Of a DNA stretch of 64,000 nucleotides, positions 19,801 to 34,871 are shown piece by piece (positions within the stretch are counted from its first letter, which is position 1; every line of letters begins with the position of its first letter). This stretch comes from the human T2T-CHM13v2.0 reference genome, Homo sapiens: NCBI RefSeq assembly GCF_009914755.1, contig NC_060925.1; one strand, written 5' to 3'. A model generated the notes under the pieces. It was not told where the DNA came from, did no database searches, and saw only the letters and a program-made list of their open reading frames with translations. The position numbers and the translations under genes were made by a program.

Positions 19801-21692
19801 GTTATAGTACAGCTATTACTAAAGCATAAGAAAACTCAGTAGAGGGAAATCTTCATTTAGGACATTAAGCAGTGAGTCAGTAGAAGTGACGATGGTGATG
19901 CTGGTATGGAGGGATTGTTAGCTTAATGATGAGAGCTGTCTTGTTAAAGTTCTCTGGTGCATGTGAGTATTGGGTTATAGCCCATTTAGTGCTTGATATC
20001 AAGATTTAAAAGCAGAAAAAATTTAAAATGGAAGTGTTGGAATCCATTAGTTGCCTGCATCAGAAGTAAAGCTAAAGTATTTTTGAAATGATATTGGAAG
20101 TTGCTGGGGGAAAAGCATCTTGCAGCCGTTATGTTTATGTATGTTTCAGGCTTTGGCAAGGTGTGCTGTACTTTTCTTCCAAGATCAAGGAACAGGATTT
20201 CTGCCTGTATGACAGTGGGGGTTGGGAATTTTGGTTCTAATTTTTGCTCCATTGCTGGCTTCTCTGTCCGTGGGTAGATCGCTGCTTCTTCCTGAGCAGG
20301 ATTCTGATTCCTGAAAGGGACCTAAAAACTTAGCCCTCCTGAGAGGATCCGAGTAGATGGCATCTTTGAAAGCAGGTGGAGTGTTAAATTCCAAAGTAAA
20401 TGCAAATGCAAGTGGCTCCAGTATAGAAAAAGTTCTGTGAGCTGAGAGATTCTTGCCATTTTACAGCTAAGATTTTATTCTGTGGCCCTCTTGAGTTCTA
20501 TAATTCCCAGATAAATATATTTTTTGAAATATTCAACCTTGGGGTGTTTGTACCCAATTTGGAGGTGGAGAAAGCTCCCTATTCCTCCAGTCTGAATTCC
20601 TTCCCTCTGATTCCAGGGAAAACTTTGCTATGATTTCCTTTAACATCTAGTATTAAATGCACGTTCTACCGCTTTGTCCTCACTTGCCTCAAAATTCTCA
20701 CTCTTTTCAACAACATTTAGCTTCAAGATCCTGTTGTCTTACAGCTTTGGAGTTGCTGTTTTATCTTCTTCATCTTCCTCTTTTTTCCCCCTACCAGCTT
20801 CTGGACTATTTTGATGCCAAGGACAACTCAATTTTTCCCCATCTGTGTGGCTTGGTTCCAGCACTCTCTCCACTTTCACTAAGGGCCTAAATCATCAACC
20901 TCCCTGCCTCTTGGGTCTACCACAGCATCAAGGGGCTGCTTTGTAGAGCTTCATTCGAATAATTTTATGTACTGGCTTGCAAGCCTGAGGTTTCTGCAGG
21001 AAATAAAATTTAAACATGAAATCGTATGTTTTAAGACTCCTTACCACTTGGCTCCTGTTCTCCCTTCCCTGAACCATCCACACTTTATCTTCTTTACAGT
21101 TCCGACCAGTATTCCCACACTGGGGAAGTGTTCTTAGACACATCTCACCATCACACATCCCTACAACCCTCCTTCACTATTACATATCAATAGTGCAATC
21201 TCATTTGTGTAGATTAATCAGGTAGACTGCTACTTAAACACAGGCTGTGTCCCTATAGATTGGCCGTTTTCTATAGAAATGATGCTGTAAGTGGTGATGA
21301 CTTTTCTAGGCTATCTCACAGCTACCCACTTAGCTGATAATGTTGGTGCAGGACTGACTGCATGAAAACAGAAAAGAAACATCACTTACACATTTGAGTA
21401 AGAACCTCCTTGATTTCAGCCTGATTGCTCTGCCTAAAGAGGGACATGCTTGTTTAGAGTATGAGAAATGGAAACTTGGTAATTTTGTGAGAGAGTTTTT
21501 GGGAACCTCTAAGGGCCTGGACATTTTAAAAAGGTTCCAGTTATATTCCCAAATATATAGTTTTCCTTTTCTTTTACATTGTGTCATAAATCCCTTAAGA
21601 CATATCTACTCTGATTTACTTTCTGGCTGCACAGCTGAAATAAACAGGGAAAACAAAGTAGGGAAATAATTTTCCTAAGATAAGTGGGCGAG

Positions 21693-22186
21693 TGTTGAAG
21701 GCCGAAAGAATGAGGGTCGTGATCAACTCAGTATACCACTGGAGACTATATGAGTAAACAGCAAACTGTTTCTCATGAAAGCAGGTTGTTGGCAAACTGA
21801 CAAACTGTGTCTGCCTCCCAGAAAGAATGCTGGGGGGCAGTCACCACCCAGGCACAGTGTTTCTTGTGATTAGGCAAATCTGAAGCCTGTTAGCAATAAC
21901 GTGAACCTGTGATCAATCAAGCAGCTGACCAGTCATTACCTCCTCCTCCCTGCTCTTTCTGCCCAATAAAAACAAAGGGCTGTAGAAGCTCGAGGTTGCT
22001 GCCTTTGCTCCCTAGAAGCAGGGAGCTCTCTTCTTCCCCTGGCCCCTTCCTTTAAAATAGTTACGTTTAAGTTTTCATTTCTGCCTTCGTCCTCCTTCCT
22101 TCAGTCTCCTAATGACTGTCTCAAGTAGTAACAGTAGTGACTGTCGTAGTGACAGTCTCAAATAGTAACCATTGCAGTCAGCTACA
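21693..22186 (+). mobile_element. Intact solo LTR, HERV-K-class (LTR3/HML-6-like)
   Basis: TG...CA ends; 6-bp TSD ggcgag/ggcaag; AATAAA at 21965-21970; gaaggccgaaagaatgagggtcgtgatcaactcagtatacc start. Subfamily from memory. Confidence 0.75.
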
Positions 22187-22959
22187 GGCAAGAGTTGAAA
22201 AGAGAGTGTGTGAGGAAGAAAGCTCTGTTAAGGAGGATGGGTGAGTGTCTGTGTGGTGGTGGTGTTTCGAGGTGGCATTCGTGTAATGGAGAGGTGAAAA
22301 TGAAAGTGGAAAGTACTGCCTGTCATTCCCTTGGGAGTAGCAGAGACGTAGGTGGTGAGGAAGAGGCACCGGGCTGAAAGCCTGCGGGTGGTCCCCGGGG
22401 ATAGTTTGCTTGCTGTCCAGGGTGGCTTTGGATTGGGCGTCAGAAGAGGAATGAGACATTAACGAAATCCCTGGGGATGCCAACTTCCTGAAAGAGGTCC
22501 AGATGCACGTAGGATGGGCATACCCCAGGAAGTTCAGCCAGATTTCTTTGATTCAGGGAGAAAATCAGGGTCAGGGCTTAGGTAGGCTCCTGATGAGTGA
22601 AATTCACTAACTAGTAACTACTAATGTTTGTTGAGTGCTTATTCACTGCCAGGCCCTGGGCTAAGCATTTTACATTTAACCCCTTCAACAACCCTATAAG
22701 AAAACATCTGGGAGGCCGTTATCTACCCGTTTCCTTAACCAATAAATGACACAGCCTGGGACTCTCCCTGCACCAGCCCACCCCTCCTCCCTGAACCCCA
22801 CAGGTGGGTTTGGTGCCAGAATGTATCACTGTGCTGTCAGGTGGAGACTATTTGGTTCAATTCCTAAATTTTGGGGGTGAGGGGACAGCTAGTTTCCCTG
22901 CTTAGTTACCTGGTGTTTTGCCGCTAGTTACTATGTATCTCTGTGTATTTGTCTACAAA

Positions 22960-24448
22960 ACATAGAGCATTGTTGAAACTATGTTATTGTTTCCTTATAC
23001 CACTGAGTAGAAGAAAATGGAGTTTCTGCTGGGGCCACTGTCTGTGGAGTTTGCACATTCTCGCTATGTCTGCAGGGGTTTTCTCTGGGTACTTGGTTTC
23101 CTCCCACATCCCACAGCTGTGCCCATTAGGTGAATTGGTGTGTCTAAATGGTCCCAGTGTGTGAATGTAACTGAGTGTCCTATTAAGTTTTTCTGTGATG
23201 GCATCAAATGCCTGTTGATGCTCATCTGTCCAAGGCAGGGGGCTCTGAATCTAGTCCCTTTTAAAGGCCTCATAAAGTGCCTTAGCCATCAACCCCAAAT
23301 TTGGAATTCAAATTCAACAAAAGCCAGACATTCCTAGAAATCCCTGCAATTGCCTCCCGTTTTGGGGAGCCTTTGGGGCCACTGTTATCTGCTTTCAGTA
23401 GGGTCTTTAGGCTCCTTCAGCCTGAAGTTGAGGTTCCAGAGACTAGACCTTGAAATAGTACAGGCACCTGTGAAAATCTCCCCTACCAGGAGATGGCTTT
23501 GAGGGTACAGTTAATTTACAACCCAGCTGAGCCCCAGATGTTGCCAGCCCGTTCACAAGATGGAGCAACAATTCAAGACGAGTCATCGGAACAAGTCATG
23601 CCGGCCTGCACTGCCTCACCCCATGCCGCAACTTGCTTCCCCTTCTTAAACCTTTGCACTTTGCTTGGAAATTTGAAGTGGTTCCATTAAGGCAAGAGTC
23701 TAGACCGTCTTCCCCATGGCTAGCTTTGGTCTGTAATAAAGTCACTTTCTTTCTACCATAGCTCTATCTTGCTAATTTGTTTTGCAAGTGGTGAGCAGCT
23801 GAACCTGTGTTTGGTAACGAGTGTGGGGGAGTGAGTATGAGTGGGTTCTGCGCTGGGATGGCATCCTGTCCAGGGCTGGTTCCTGCTTTGCATCCTGAGC
23901 TGCTGGAATGGGCTCAGCTACCAGAGACCCTAAATTGGAACAAGTGGGGTGGAAAATGAATGAATGAATACAAATTAATAAAAATTTGTAAAGTCTATGA
24001 TAATCATACAAATGCATGACAAAAAAAATGTAGTATGAAAGCGCTCAGTGAGCCCACCCTAATTGTAAATGTTTTGAACTGCATGGTGGCAGGAGGTGCT
24101 CCTTATAATTTTTGCTTTGCAAACATTTTATTCCTTGGTTTAACCCACCACCACCACAACTGCCATCACTTGCTGATTCACCAAACTTGGGTAAATAATG
24201 ATCTTACCTGTGCTTATTAATCTTTAAGTGTATGTGTATAGCTCTTGTTTATTTCAGTGTTTACTATTAGAAGTGTTTTGGTCTTTATTTAGATGTATGA
24301 TGTTTTTGTGACCAGAAATATGCAGTAGGAACTTACTTTTTGCTTATATCAATTAGCCTATTGTAAAATTAGTAGCATTATACATTGTTTTGTTTAAAGT
24401 TACAATTTCCAAGACCCTACTGGTGATGTTCAGTAAGGACTCACTGTA
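22960..24448. mobile_element. MER6-like TcMar-Tigger element interrupted by an LTR (~23167-23818, MER74-like, +)
   Basis: ggagtttgcacattctc...tttcctcccacatccc and terminal tttccaagac...gtaaggactcactgta; inner LTR has aataaagtcactttc...ggtaac end. Confidence 0.65.
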
Positions 24449-24472
24449 CAATCCAGCTAAGAGCAGCACTAA

Positions 24473-24814
<342 letters not shown>

Positions 24815-25574
24815 TTAATGCAGGAGGATTGTCTCAGATAGAATGTCCCTGAAAAGCATCTAATGGCAGGCCTTCTAAAACTTTCATTCAGTCTACAAGA
24901 TCATTTGTGTTCAAATTTCAGTCGCCCAATTAGGAGATCAGCTTTTTGCTAATCAGATTCTTCATGAGGCAAAGAGGTCATCCGATGTAATACCAACATC
25001 TTTTGACAGGCGAGACATTAAATTATAAGCCAAGAAGTTAAAATTACCTTCCCACTAAAGGGAAGACTACCAAATTCCTGAAAAGTTCCAGAAAGGAGTC
25101 TTGTTATTCTAAAGATGAAAGTATTTAAAAATAAATTGTGAATAGAAATGGATAAAGCTAGAAGCAGTTCTGAAAAATAGTAAGGAACTTGAGAAAGTGT
25201 TGTTGAAATACTAGGGCTTAGGCTTGTGTTTTAAAGCATGAATGATTGCTTCTGGATCTCTTAGGTTGCAGGAAAAGTCCAGACCAAACTTTCTGGGTGA
25301 CTTTTAGGTAACGAAATGGGGCACTCTGGGTGCAAGACTGCTTATTTCTGAAATCGTGGTTTATCAAGGCTGAAGTTTATTTCCCTTCCTGCTCTGTCTC
25401 CCAGTGGTCTGAAGAAAGGAGTTTGTGTGTGCGGCAGATTCTAAGCCAGGCTCTAAGTCTGAGTAACTGTACACTGGCATTAATGGGATTGGCCATGGCA
25501 GAGTGGAGGGGCAGGGGCCTGGGTCCAAAGACTTGGCTTTGAGCCTTGGCTCAGTTATTTACTTATTTGTTTAC

Positions 25575-25935
25575 TCACATATTTAGACGAAAATTGTACA
25601 TATTTATGGTGTACAATGTGATGTCTAGCTATACATTGTGAGATGATTAAATCAAGGTAATTAACATACCCATCACCTTACCTGCTTATCATTTTATGGT
25701 GAGAACATTTAAGATCTACTCTTAGCACTTTTCAAGAATATAATACATTATTGTTAACTATAATCACCATGCTGTATAATAGATCCTCAGAATTTATTCA
25801 TCCTGTCCAACATCTTTTAACCAACATCTTCCCCACTTCCCCCGCCCCAGCCCCTGGCAACCACTTCTGTGAGTTTGACTTTTTTTAGGTTTCACATATA
25901 AGTGAGATCATGCAGTATTTGCTTTTTTGCTCTGG
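25575..25935 (-). mobile_element. L1MA/MB 3' end fragment
   Basis: tttaagatctactcttagc, cacatataagtgagatcatgcagtattt. Confidence 0.8.
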
Positions 25936-26767
25936 CTCAGTTATTTCTGGCTCTGTGACCTCATCACATTTGTCATCTATAAAATGCCTACCTCCCCTGT
26001 TCCACTTCCACCTACTTCACCAGGCTGTTGTGAAAACAAAATGAGATAATGTGTGAATTCTGGGGTTTGGCATGACTGTCACATGTTAGAAGTACTTGGT
26101 GGGGTTGGTGGGAGGTGCTGCTTAAAATTTTGCTCTTATTTTGGCATCCACAATGAGACATACTTGAGAGGTTTAAATAAAGCAGTAAAGGCCATAAATG
26201 CGTTTAAATTTAGTGAACTCTTTGTTACTTGGAACATTTGGAATCATTTAATTTGCTGAATTTTAGGACCTAACTTTCCTATACCTTCTCTATTACTTAG
26301 AATATAGTCATGGCTGCCATGATGGAGAGATCTACAATAGGAGAGGCTTAAACAACCTAGAAATGCATTTCTCTTTCCTGTAACAGTCTAGATCTAAGTA
26401 GTCTGGGGCACTTTGGGGCTTGGGGGTGGTACATGGATTTGGGGACTGAGAGGCCTCTGTCTTGTCCATGTGGCTTTCACCTCTTCATCCACGGAGGCTG
26501 TTCCAATTCTGTTCAACAGGAAAGGGAGGGAAAGAAAGAGATGGCCACAGCCATGTCCCTTCACTCACACCCTTTTGAATGGAGCTATTCAGGTGTCCAC
26601 ACTTAGCTACAGTGTAGTGTTGGTGTCCAGAGGAAATTTTAATTGATGTGTAAGAAGAGAGACTGAATTCTGAAAAGGGGTAGTGAGGGGCGGTGGGTAA
26701 CAAGCAGTGTCTGTCACAGATGTCTGTGATTATGTCATTAACTGCCCTTTAAGAAATGTACAGATGA

Positions 26768-27077
<310 letters not shown>

Positions 27078-27388
27078 TGATACTTGAAAGGGACAACAAG
27101 GATGGTGAACCTGTTGATTTAGAGGTTTGTATACTGTTTGTGCTTTTCAGACTTTTTGAAGCCATTTATTATTCACAGAGCACCTGGTAGTCCCTTCTTG
27201 CTACATCCCAGGCACTGTGCTAGGGGCTGGTGAGTCAGAGATCATGGTCCCTGCTATCTGAGGGTCCACTCCACAGAAGAGACAGGCATATTATGCAATG
27301 GGTAGAGAACTGTCTGATGTATACTCTGATGGGAGACTGTGGGAACTCCTAGGAAAAGACCTGACCCCTTTGACAGGCAGGATGCACA

Positions 27389-27399
27389 TGTGTGGTGTA

Positions 27400-27436
<37 letters not shown>
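27389..27436 (+). repeat. (TG)n microsatellite, pure (GT)15 at 27407-27436
   Basis: Seen directly. Confidence 0.95.
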
Positions 27437-27437
<1 letters not shown>

Positions 27438-27649
27438 GGATGCAGGATGGAGTAAGTTCACAGGGAGGAGGAAGCTTGATTGGGGTTATGTCTGTATCAC
27501 CTTGAATAGTGATGGGTCTCCGGGAGTGTGAACTAACTGAATTGATGTTTAGATGCTGTTCTCTAGTGTCATGTTCATGGCTTAAAGTTTTGTCTCTGTT
27601 TCTCAGAAACTCTCAGCGTAGGCATCGGGAACCTTCGTGCCAAGGAGCC

Positions 27650-27740
27650 ATGCTGCCCCGATGGGAACTGGCACTTTACCTACTTGCCTCACTAGGCTTC
27701 CACTTCTATTCCTTCTATGAAGTTTACAAAGTCTCCAGAG
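27650..27740 (+). CDS. HHAT: HHAT first coding exon of the canonical isoform (exon 27607-27740; 43 nt 5'UTR + 91 nt CDS, phase 1)
   Basis: Acceptor tctctgttttctcag|AAAC at 27606/27607; Kozak-like gagccATGc at 27650; encodes MLPRWELALYLLASLGFHFYSFYEVYKVSR(E); donor GAG|gtaagg at 27740/27741. Confidence 0.97.
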
Positions 27741-28325
27741 GTAAGGCCCCAAGCTTTTCAGACCTCCTATCAAACAAGGAAACTCCTGTCAAAAAAAGGA
27801 GCAGAGGTGGAAGATTCAAGAAGATGATCCAATAGTGTCAAGATGATGTGGGCCTTGATTTGCTTCCCCATGTCTTGGATAGTTTGAATCAGTGACCTGA
27901 GTCCATTGAGTTTTCTACCCTAAACCTAGGTCTTTTAGGTGATGCTGTGGCTTGTCTTCTATAATTGGTGGGTTTGATTCAAAAGCTATTGAAGGCCGTG
28001 GAGGGGATTTGCGTTCAGAATTCAAAGTAAACTCTTAAATTTCTCTTTCATCATTACTCCTCTGAGACATATTAGATCTGGGTTCGTTTTGTCTTCTTCT
28101 GTCATTTTTAGTGTTGCCTTTGTCTGAGTGTTGGAGATAAATCATCGTCAGGTCACATTCCAGCCCAAAGGAAGGGGAATGGGGGCCCTCCTTTATTTTA
28201 GCGGCAGTTTGGCAAGGAGCACTAGTCACTCCTGCTCACACCCAACTGGCCAGCACTGAGTCCCACGGGCACAGCTGGGAGGCTGGGAAATAGTCTTTAG
28301 GTTGGTGGCTATGTGCTACCTAAAA

Positions 28326-28623
<298 letters not shown>

Positions 28624-28699
28624 TAGCTGGGACTACAGGAGTGCACCACCATGCCTGGCTTTAAAACTACTTTTAAAAAATAAAGTATATTGAAAATGG

Positions 28700-30200
28700 G
28701 AGGTGTCTATTCTTACACCAATACCATAATGTCTTGATTACCGTAGCTTTACATTAAGTCTTGAAGTTGGATAGAAGTCTTCTAACTGTTATTTGTGTTG
28801 TCTATTCTGGGTCTTTTGCCTGTCTGTATAAACTTTAGAGTCAATTTGTTGATATCTACAAAATAACTTTAGCCATAAAATAAAGATGTTTATAGCAGCT
28901 TTATTCATAATTGCTAAAAATTGGAAGCAATCAAGATGTCCTTAAGCAGCAAATGGACTAATAAACTGTGGTACATTCGGACAATGGAATTTGCCAGGAT
29001 TTTCATTGTGGTTGCATTGAATCTATAGATTAAGTTGGGAAGAACTGACATCTTGAAAATATTGAGTCTTCCTATCCATGAATATGGACTATTTCTCCAT
29101 TTATTTAGTTCTTTGATTTCTTTCATGAGAGTTTTATTGTTTTCCTGATATAGATCTTATACATATTTTGTTAGATTTATAGCTCAGTATTTCATTTTTT
29201 GGGTGACAATGTAAATGATATTGTTTTAAATTTCAAATTCTACTTATTTCATTGCTGATATATAGGAAAGCAATTGATTTTGTTATAGCAATCTTGTTAT
29301 TATAGCTTATTAATTCCAGGAGTTTTTCTGTCAGTTCTTTCAGATTTTCTACATAGGTAATCATGGCGTCTGCGAAGATGATTTTCTTTCTTTCTTTTCA
29401 ATCTTATATACCTTTTCTTTTTTGTTGTTGTTGTATTGCATTAATTAGGGTTTCCAGTACAATGTTGAAAAAGAGATGAGAGGGCTTATCCTTGCCTTAT
29501 TCCTAATTTAACTGGGGAAACTTCTGGTTTCTCACCATTAAGTATGACATTAGCTGTGGGTTTTTTATGGATGCTTTTTATCTAGTTAAGGAAGTTCCCC
29601 TCTATTCCTAGTTTTCTGAGAGCTTTTGTTATGAATGACTGTATTAGTTAGGGTTCTCCAGGGAAATAGAATCAATAGGCTACATATAGATATAAAAGGA
29701 GATTTATTACAAGGAATTGGCCCACACAATTATAGAGGCTGAGAAGTTCCATGATCTTCTGTCTGCAAGCTGTAGACCTGTGAAAGCCAGTGGTGCAATT
29801 CAGTTCAAGTCCAAAGGCCTGAGAACTGGAGTAGCCTATGATGTAAATCCCAGTCTGAGGGCAGGAGAGGATGAGCTGAGATGGTCTAGCTCAAGCAGTA
29901 GCCAGAAATAAGAGTGAATTCTTCCTTCCTCCTCCTTTTGTTCTATTTAGACCCTCAATGGATTGGATGGTGCCCATCTGCATTAAAGAGGGCAATCTAC
30001 TGTATCTGATTCAAATGCTTATCTCATCAAGAAACACCCTCACAGACACCTAGAAATAGTGTTTAATCTGGGCACTCTTTGGCCTGGTCAAGTTGACACA
30101 TAGCACTAACCAACACAATGGATGTTGGATTTTGTCAAGTGTTCTTTCTGCATCTCTTGATCAGTTTATTCTTCTTTAGCCTGGTGATGTGTTGGATTAC
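28700..30200 (-). mobile_element. L1M fragment interrupted by an MLT2-type LTR (~29640-30115)
   Basis: ORF 28914-29126(-) [29 protein letters not shown] is L1 ORF2; tgtattagttagggttctccag is an MLT2 terminus. Confidence 0.82.
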
Positions 30201-30229
30201 ATGATTTTTGTGTTCTGTGAGATTTTGAC

Positions 30230-30640
30230 TTTAATATACCTGGACTGGACTCAGCTGGCATTTCTCCTGTTTCATGTATTGTCAGCTGGGGCTGCAGTCA
30301 TCTGGTGGCTCGATTGGGCTCACTCATCCAGGGTGGCTCACTCACGTGGCTGGCAGTTGGTGCTGGCTTTCAGCTGAGAGCTCAGCTGGGGACTGTCAAG
30401 TGGAGTACTATGGTCCTCTCTAAATGGCTTCATGTGGCTTACATTTCTTACATTTATTACAGGGCAGCTGGGTTCCAGCTGTTGCACGTGCAGCCTGGGA
30501 AGTTATACAGGTCACTTCTGCCTCATTTATTGGTCAAAGCAAATCACAGGGCCAGTCCAGATTGAAGGGAAGGAAAGACTGCACCTTTTTACAGGTGGAG
30601 CAGCATGTAGAGGAAGAGTCTGATGGAGCCACCTCTGGAG
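30230..30640. mobile_element. Old MaLR LTR (MLT1-like)
   Basis: ggctcactcacgtggctggcagttgg, tattggtcaaagcaaatcacagggccagtccagatt. Confidence 0.65.
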
Positions 30641-31587
30641 TTTCTCTCTTCTATAATGGGTGTTATACTTCTTTACCCACATGAGGACACTGAGGCTCAA
30701 AAGTATTACTTGTCCAAGGTCATATATTTAATAATAGAAATAATAGAGCTGAAGCTTAAACCTAAGACTTTACAACTCTACTTCTTGTGTTGTGATAGCT
30801 TCTGGGAACGGGGCGAGGGGTTCCTTTGCGGATAGTACAAAACTTTTCTGCACCTTAACCTGTCCAGATGCTGTCATGCTGACCACCTCCTAGCCTGAAG
30901 CTTCTTTAATCCTTAATGCCTTTCCTTTTATTGTCAGTGCTGAAGTGTTTCTCAGGCCATTCCCAAGAAATATCTTCCTCAAATGCTTTTGCCAGTTTAC
31001 CTCACGGGAGCCAGATCCCCATGCCATGCCTAAGTATGTTCAACTGATACAATGTTGAGCCTTCTTGGTTCCTCATCTCACTTTCTAATTCAGGAAAAAG
31101 TGCTACTTACCCACATTGTAGAAGTAGGTCACTGGAAAAATCGTCTTTACTCTGAACTTTTTTAGGGCATTCATGTCTGGAGCAAACGTGCTGCCTAGAA
31201 TAGACTAGAGGCTCCAAGTGTATTTGTTCAGTGAAATGTCTCTGGTGGGCATCTGCGTGGCTACTCTCCTTGGGCACAGAGCAGGCATCTCATTCACTGC
31301 TGTCTCTATCAGCAGTAGTGGGGTTGTCACGTGGTTGGGGACAGCAGACTGATTTTAACAGCCTTAGTCAAATGGAATCTCTCAGCAAATCCACAGCAGG
31401 GACTCAACAGAATACCCCTTCTTCCCCCCAACTCTACCAAATTAGAATATCTTGAAGTCATATGGAAATATTGGGGTGGTGATAGTGATCCGCTATGCTG
31501 GCTGACCTCGCCCCTGGTGCTCTGCAGTACTGTGGCTAATCCACAGCTGTTGCATTAGGTTGGTGCCTTATGGTTTAGTAGACATAA

Positions 31588-31910
<323 letters not shown>

Positions 31911-32864
31911 CCTCTCTGTTTACATTTAATGTGAAAATGCAATGTACCATGCATCAGAAGGCTTGTGTGATAGGCCTTGAACGAATTGATGCCTCTGCCT
32001 AAAAGGATGCCATATATTTTTCCGGCCATGTCAATTTAATGCAATATTCGGAATAAAAACTATTGAATTCCCATCGTTGAAAATCCTGGTGATAGAAGGA
32101 AGTCACCTGTTTTTTTTTTTTTTTTTAAAAAGCACCTGGGAGGGGAAGTCTTTGACTATTTCAGTTTACCACCTATTCGTTCTTATTTAAATGTTTTATT
32201 TCTTCTTGTACCCATCTTGACATTTTATAGCTTTCTAGGAAATCTATATACTTTATGTAGGTTTTCAGTTTGATTAGTATATTGTGGTTCTTAACTCTTA
32301 CTTAAAAATTTTTTGGTGTTTCATTATTTTATATTTTATCTGCATCATCTTCACTCCCTTCATTTCCTCTTTCCACTTCTCCCTCCCTTCTATTTTTTCT
32401 TTCTTTGATCAACGGTGCCAGAGATCTTATTAATCTTTTCAGCATTTGGCTTTATTTTCTCAGTTGTTTCTTTTTGTTTTCTAACTCATTGATTTTTGCC
32501 CTTATCTCATTATTTCCTTCCTTATTGTTTCTTTAGGTTTGGTCTGTTCCTTTTTATTTCATTGTCATGAGTTGAATGCTTAGCTCATTTACTTTGTAAA
32601 GAATGTGTTTGGATTGTTGATTGTTTTTCTCAGAAAGATTTCTAGAAGAGGAGTTATAGAGTAAAACCACACAACCATTTTTCAGGTGCTTAATAGATGA
32701 ACCCAGGCTGCTCTCAGGAAGGCTGGGCCAATTAACGCTTCCAAAGGAGGAGATCCATTTTTCTGTACTACTCTCAGCAAGTTGAGTGCTCTTCAATCCA
32801 TCTCAAGTGTATTTTAGTATATGATGTGATATTTTTTCACAAATAGATAACTAAACATAATGTC

Positions 32865-33321
32865 TTTTTTTTTTTTTTTTTGAGACAGAATCTTGCTCTG
32901 TTACCCAGGCTGGAGTACAGTGGCACGATCTCTGCTCACTGTAACCTCTGCCTCCTGGATTCAAGCAATTCTCATGCCTCTGCTTCCTGAGTAGCTGGGA
33001 TTACAGGTGTGTACCACCACACCCTGCTAATTTTTGTATTTTTAGTAAAGACAGGGTTTCTCCATGTTAGTCAGGCTGGTCTCAAACTCCTTGGCCACCC
33101 AAAGTGCCGGGATTACTGGTGATTATGATAATTATGATGCAATCTTGATCATGTACTGAGTTCTTTTGTTAAAATTTATTTTTATTTTTTATTTTATAAA
33201 AAGAGAGACAAGCTCTCTCTATGTTGCTCAGACTGGTCTCAAACTCCTGGACTCAAGCGATCTTCCTGCCTCGGCCTCCCAAAGTGCTGAGATTACATAC
33301 ATGAACAAGGGTGCCTGGCCT
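32865..33321 (-). mobile_element. Alu (32865-33118) and Alu monomer (~33175-33321)
   Basis: Alu motifs. Confidence 0.82.
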
Positions 33322-34579
33322 CACATATTAAATTCTTATATTCTGTTTAATTGATTTCTCAATCAATTCTTACATCAATACTGTGCCGTTTTAATTATTT
33401 GTGATTTACAAAATGCCTAAGTATCTGGAGTAAGTTATTAGTTATTGGTTCTTTGTTTTCAGATCTTTCTTAGGCTGTTCTTACTGGCTTATTCTTCCAG
33501 ATATATATTTGAAATTGGCTACTTTCAAAAAATCATTAGGGTTTTAATTAGAATTGTAATAAACTTATAAATTAATTTGTAAATAATTGATATTTTTATA
33601 ATGTGTCTTTCTATCCAATAATATATTTTTTCTTTGCTTATTCAAAATCTTTCATCACTTCCCTTAATGAAGGTTTGTGGTTGTCTTCATAATAGATTCT
33701 GCTAAAACTTAAGATTATTTCTGAGTCTTTTCCTTTCTCCTTTTGTGATTGGGATATTTTACAAATTTTCTAGCTGATTATTTCTGATCTACACTAAAGG
33801 TATTTATTTTGGTTTATGTATTTTATATTTCAGCAATTTATTGAATTCTCTTATGTTCCATTGGCTTGATTTTCCTTGTCCTTCTATTTAGATAATACCA
33901 TCCACAGATAATGATAGTAGTTTTGCTTCATTTGTTTTTGCTTTGCTAGGACATCTAGAACAATACAATAGTTGAATGTTAACCTGTTTTAATTCTGACT
34001 TTAATGGAAATCTCTGTATAGTGAAAGGTTGAACAAGCTTTACTTACTTGTTTTTAAAAACTCATGTTAAGGAATCCTAGCCCCTTTAAATTGGCAATAA
34101 GTGTTGAATTTTATTTGTTTTTAAAGTACCTATTCCTTTTTTGACCTATTGATACTATATTTTAAAGTCATCAGTTTTCCAGAGGCAAACCATACGGATT
34201 CATTCCTATTACAAACCTACCATGACCATGGTATTTTTAAACATACTGCTTTTTTCCCTAGGGTTAAAAAATATATGGATTTCTAAGTGAGAGTGGTTGG
34301 CCTGTAATTTTGTTTTGTCTCATCCCCAAATTTCAATCTTGATATCCTGTTAGCTTTATAAAACAACTGGAGAGGATTCCATTTTAAAAAATATTATGGA
34401 ACTGTTAAAGTAGTATATGAAATGTCTGCATCAGTGTCTGATGTTATTCACTTCTAAGTTTGTCTAGGCATGAAATCTCTTTGGGAGTAGATTCATTGAA
34501 AACTTTTCAGTACCTTTCAGGGTTATTGGTATGTTTTCATTCTTAAGTCAGTTTGAGCAATTCATATTTTTCTATTTCA

Positions 34580-34871
34580 TTATTATTATTTTTGAGACAG
34601 TGTCTCATCCTGTTGCTCAGGCTGGAGTGTAGTGGCTCAGTCCTAGCTCGCTGCAAACTCAAGTGCTTGGGCTCAAGTGATCCTCCAACCTCGGCCTCCT
34701 AAGTAGCTAGGACTACAGGCACACAGTACCACACTTGCACACTTGCTTGGCTATTTTTTTTTTTTTTTGGAGACAGGGTCTTGCTATGTTGCCCAGGCTG
34801 GTCTGAAACCCCTGGCCTCAAGCCAAATCCCAAAGTCCTGGGATTATAGGCATGAGCCACTATGCCTGGCC
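34580..34871 (-). mobile_element. AluJ within degraded AT-rich L1-like sequence
   Basis: Alu motifs. Confidence 0.82.

Noticed and set aside
27509-27835. 108-aa ORF as a single coding unit
   Set aside because: Only 27650-27740 is exonic CDS; the flanks run through the acceptor and donor into intron.
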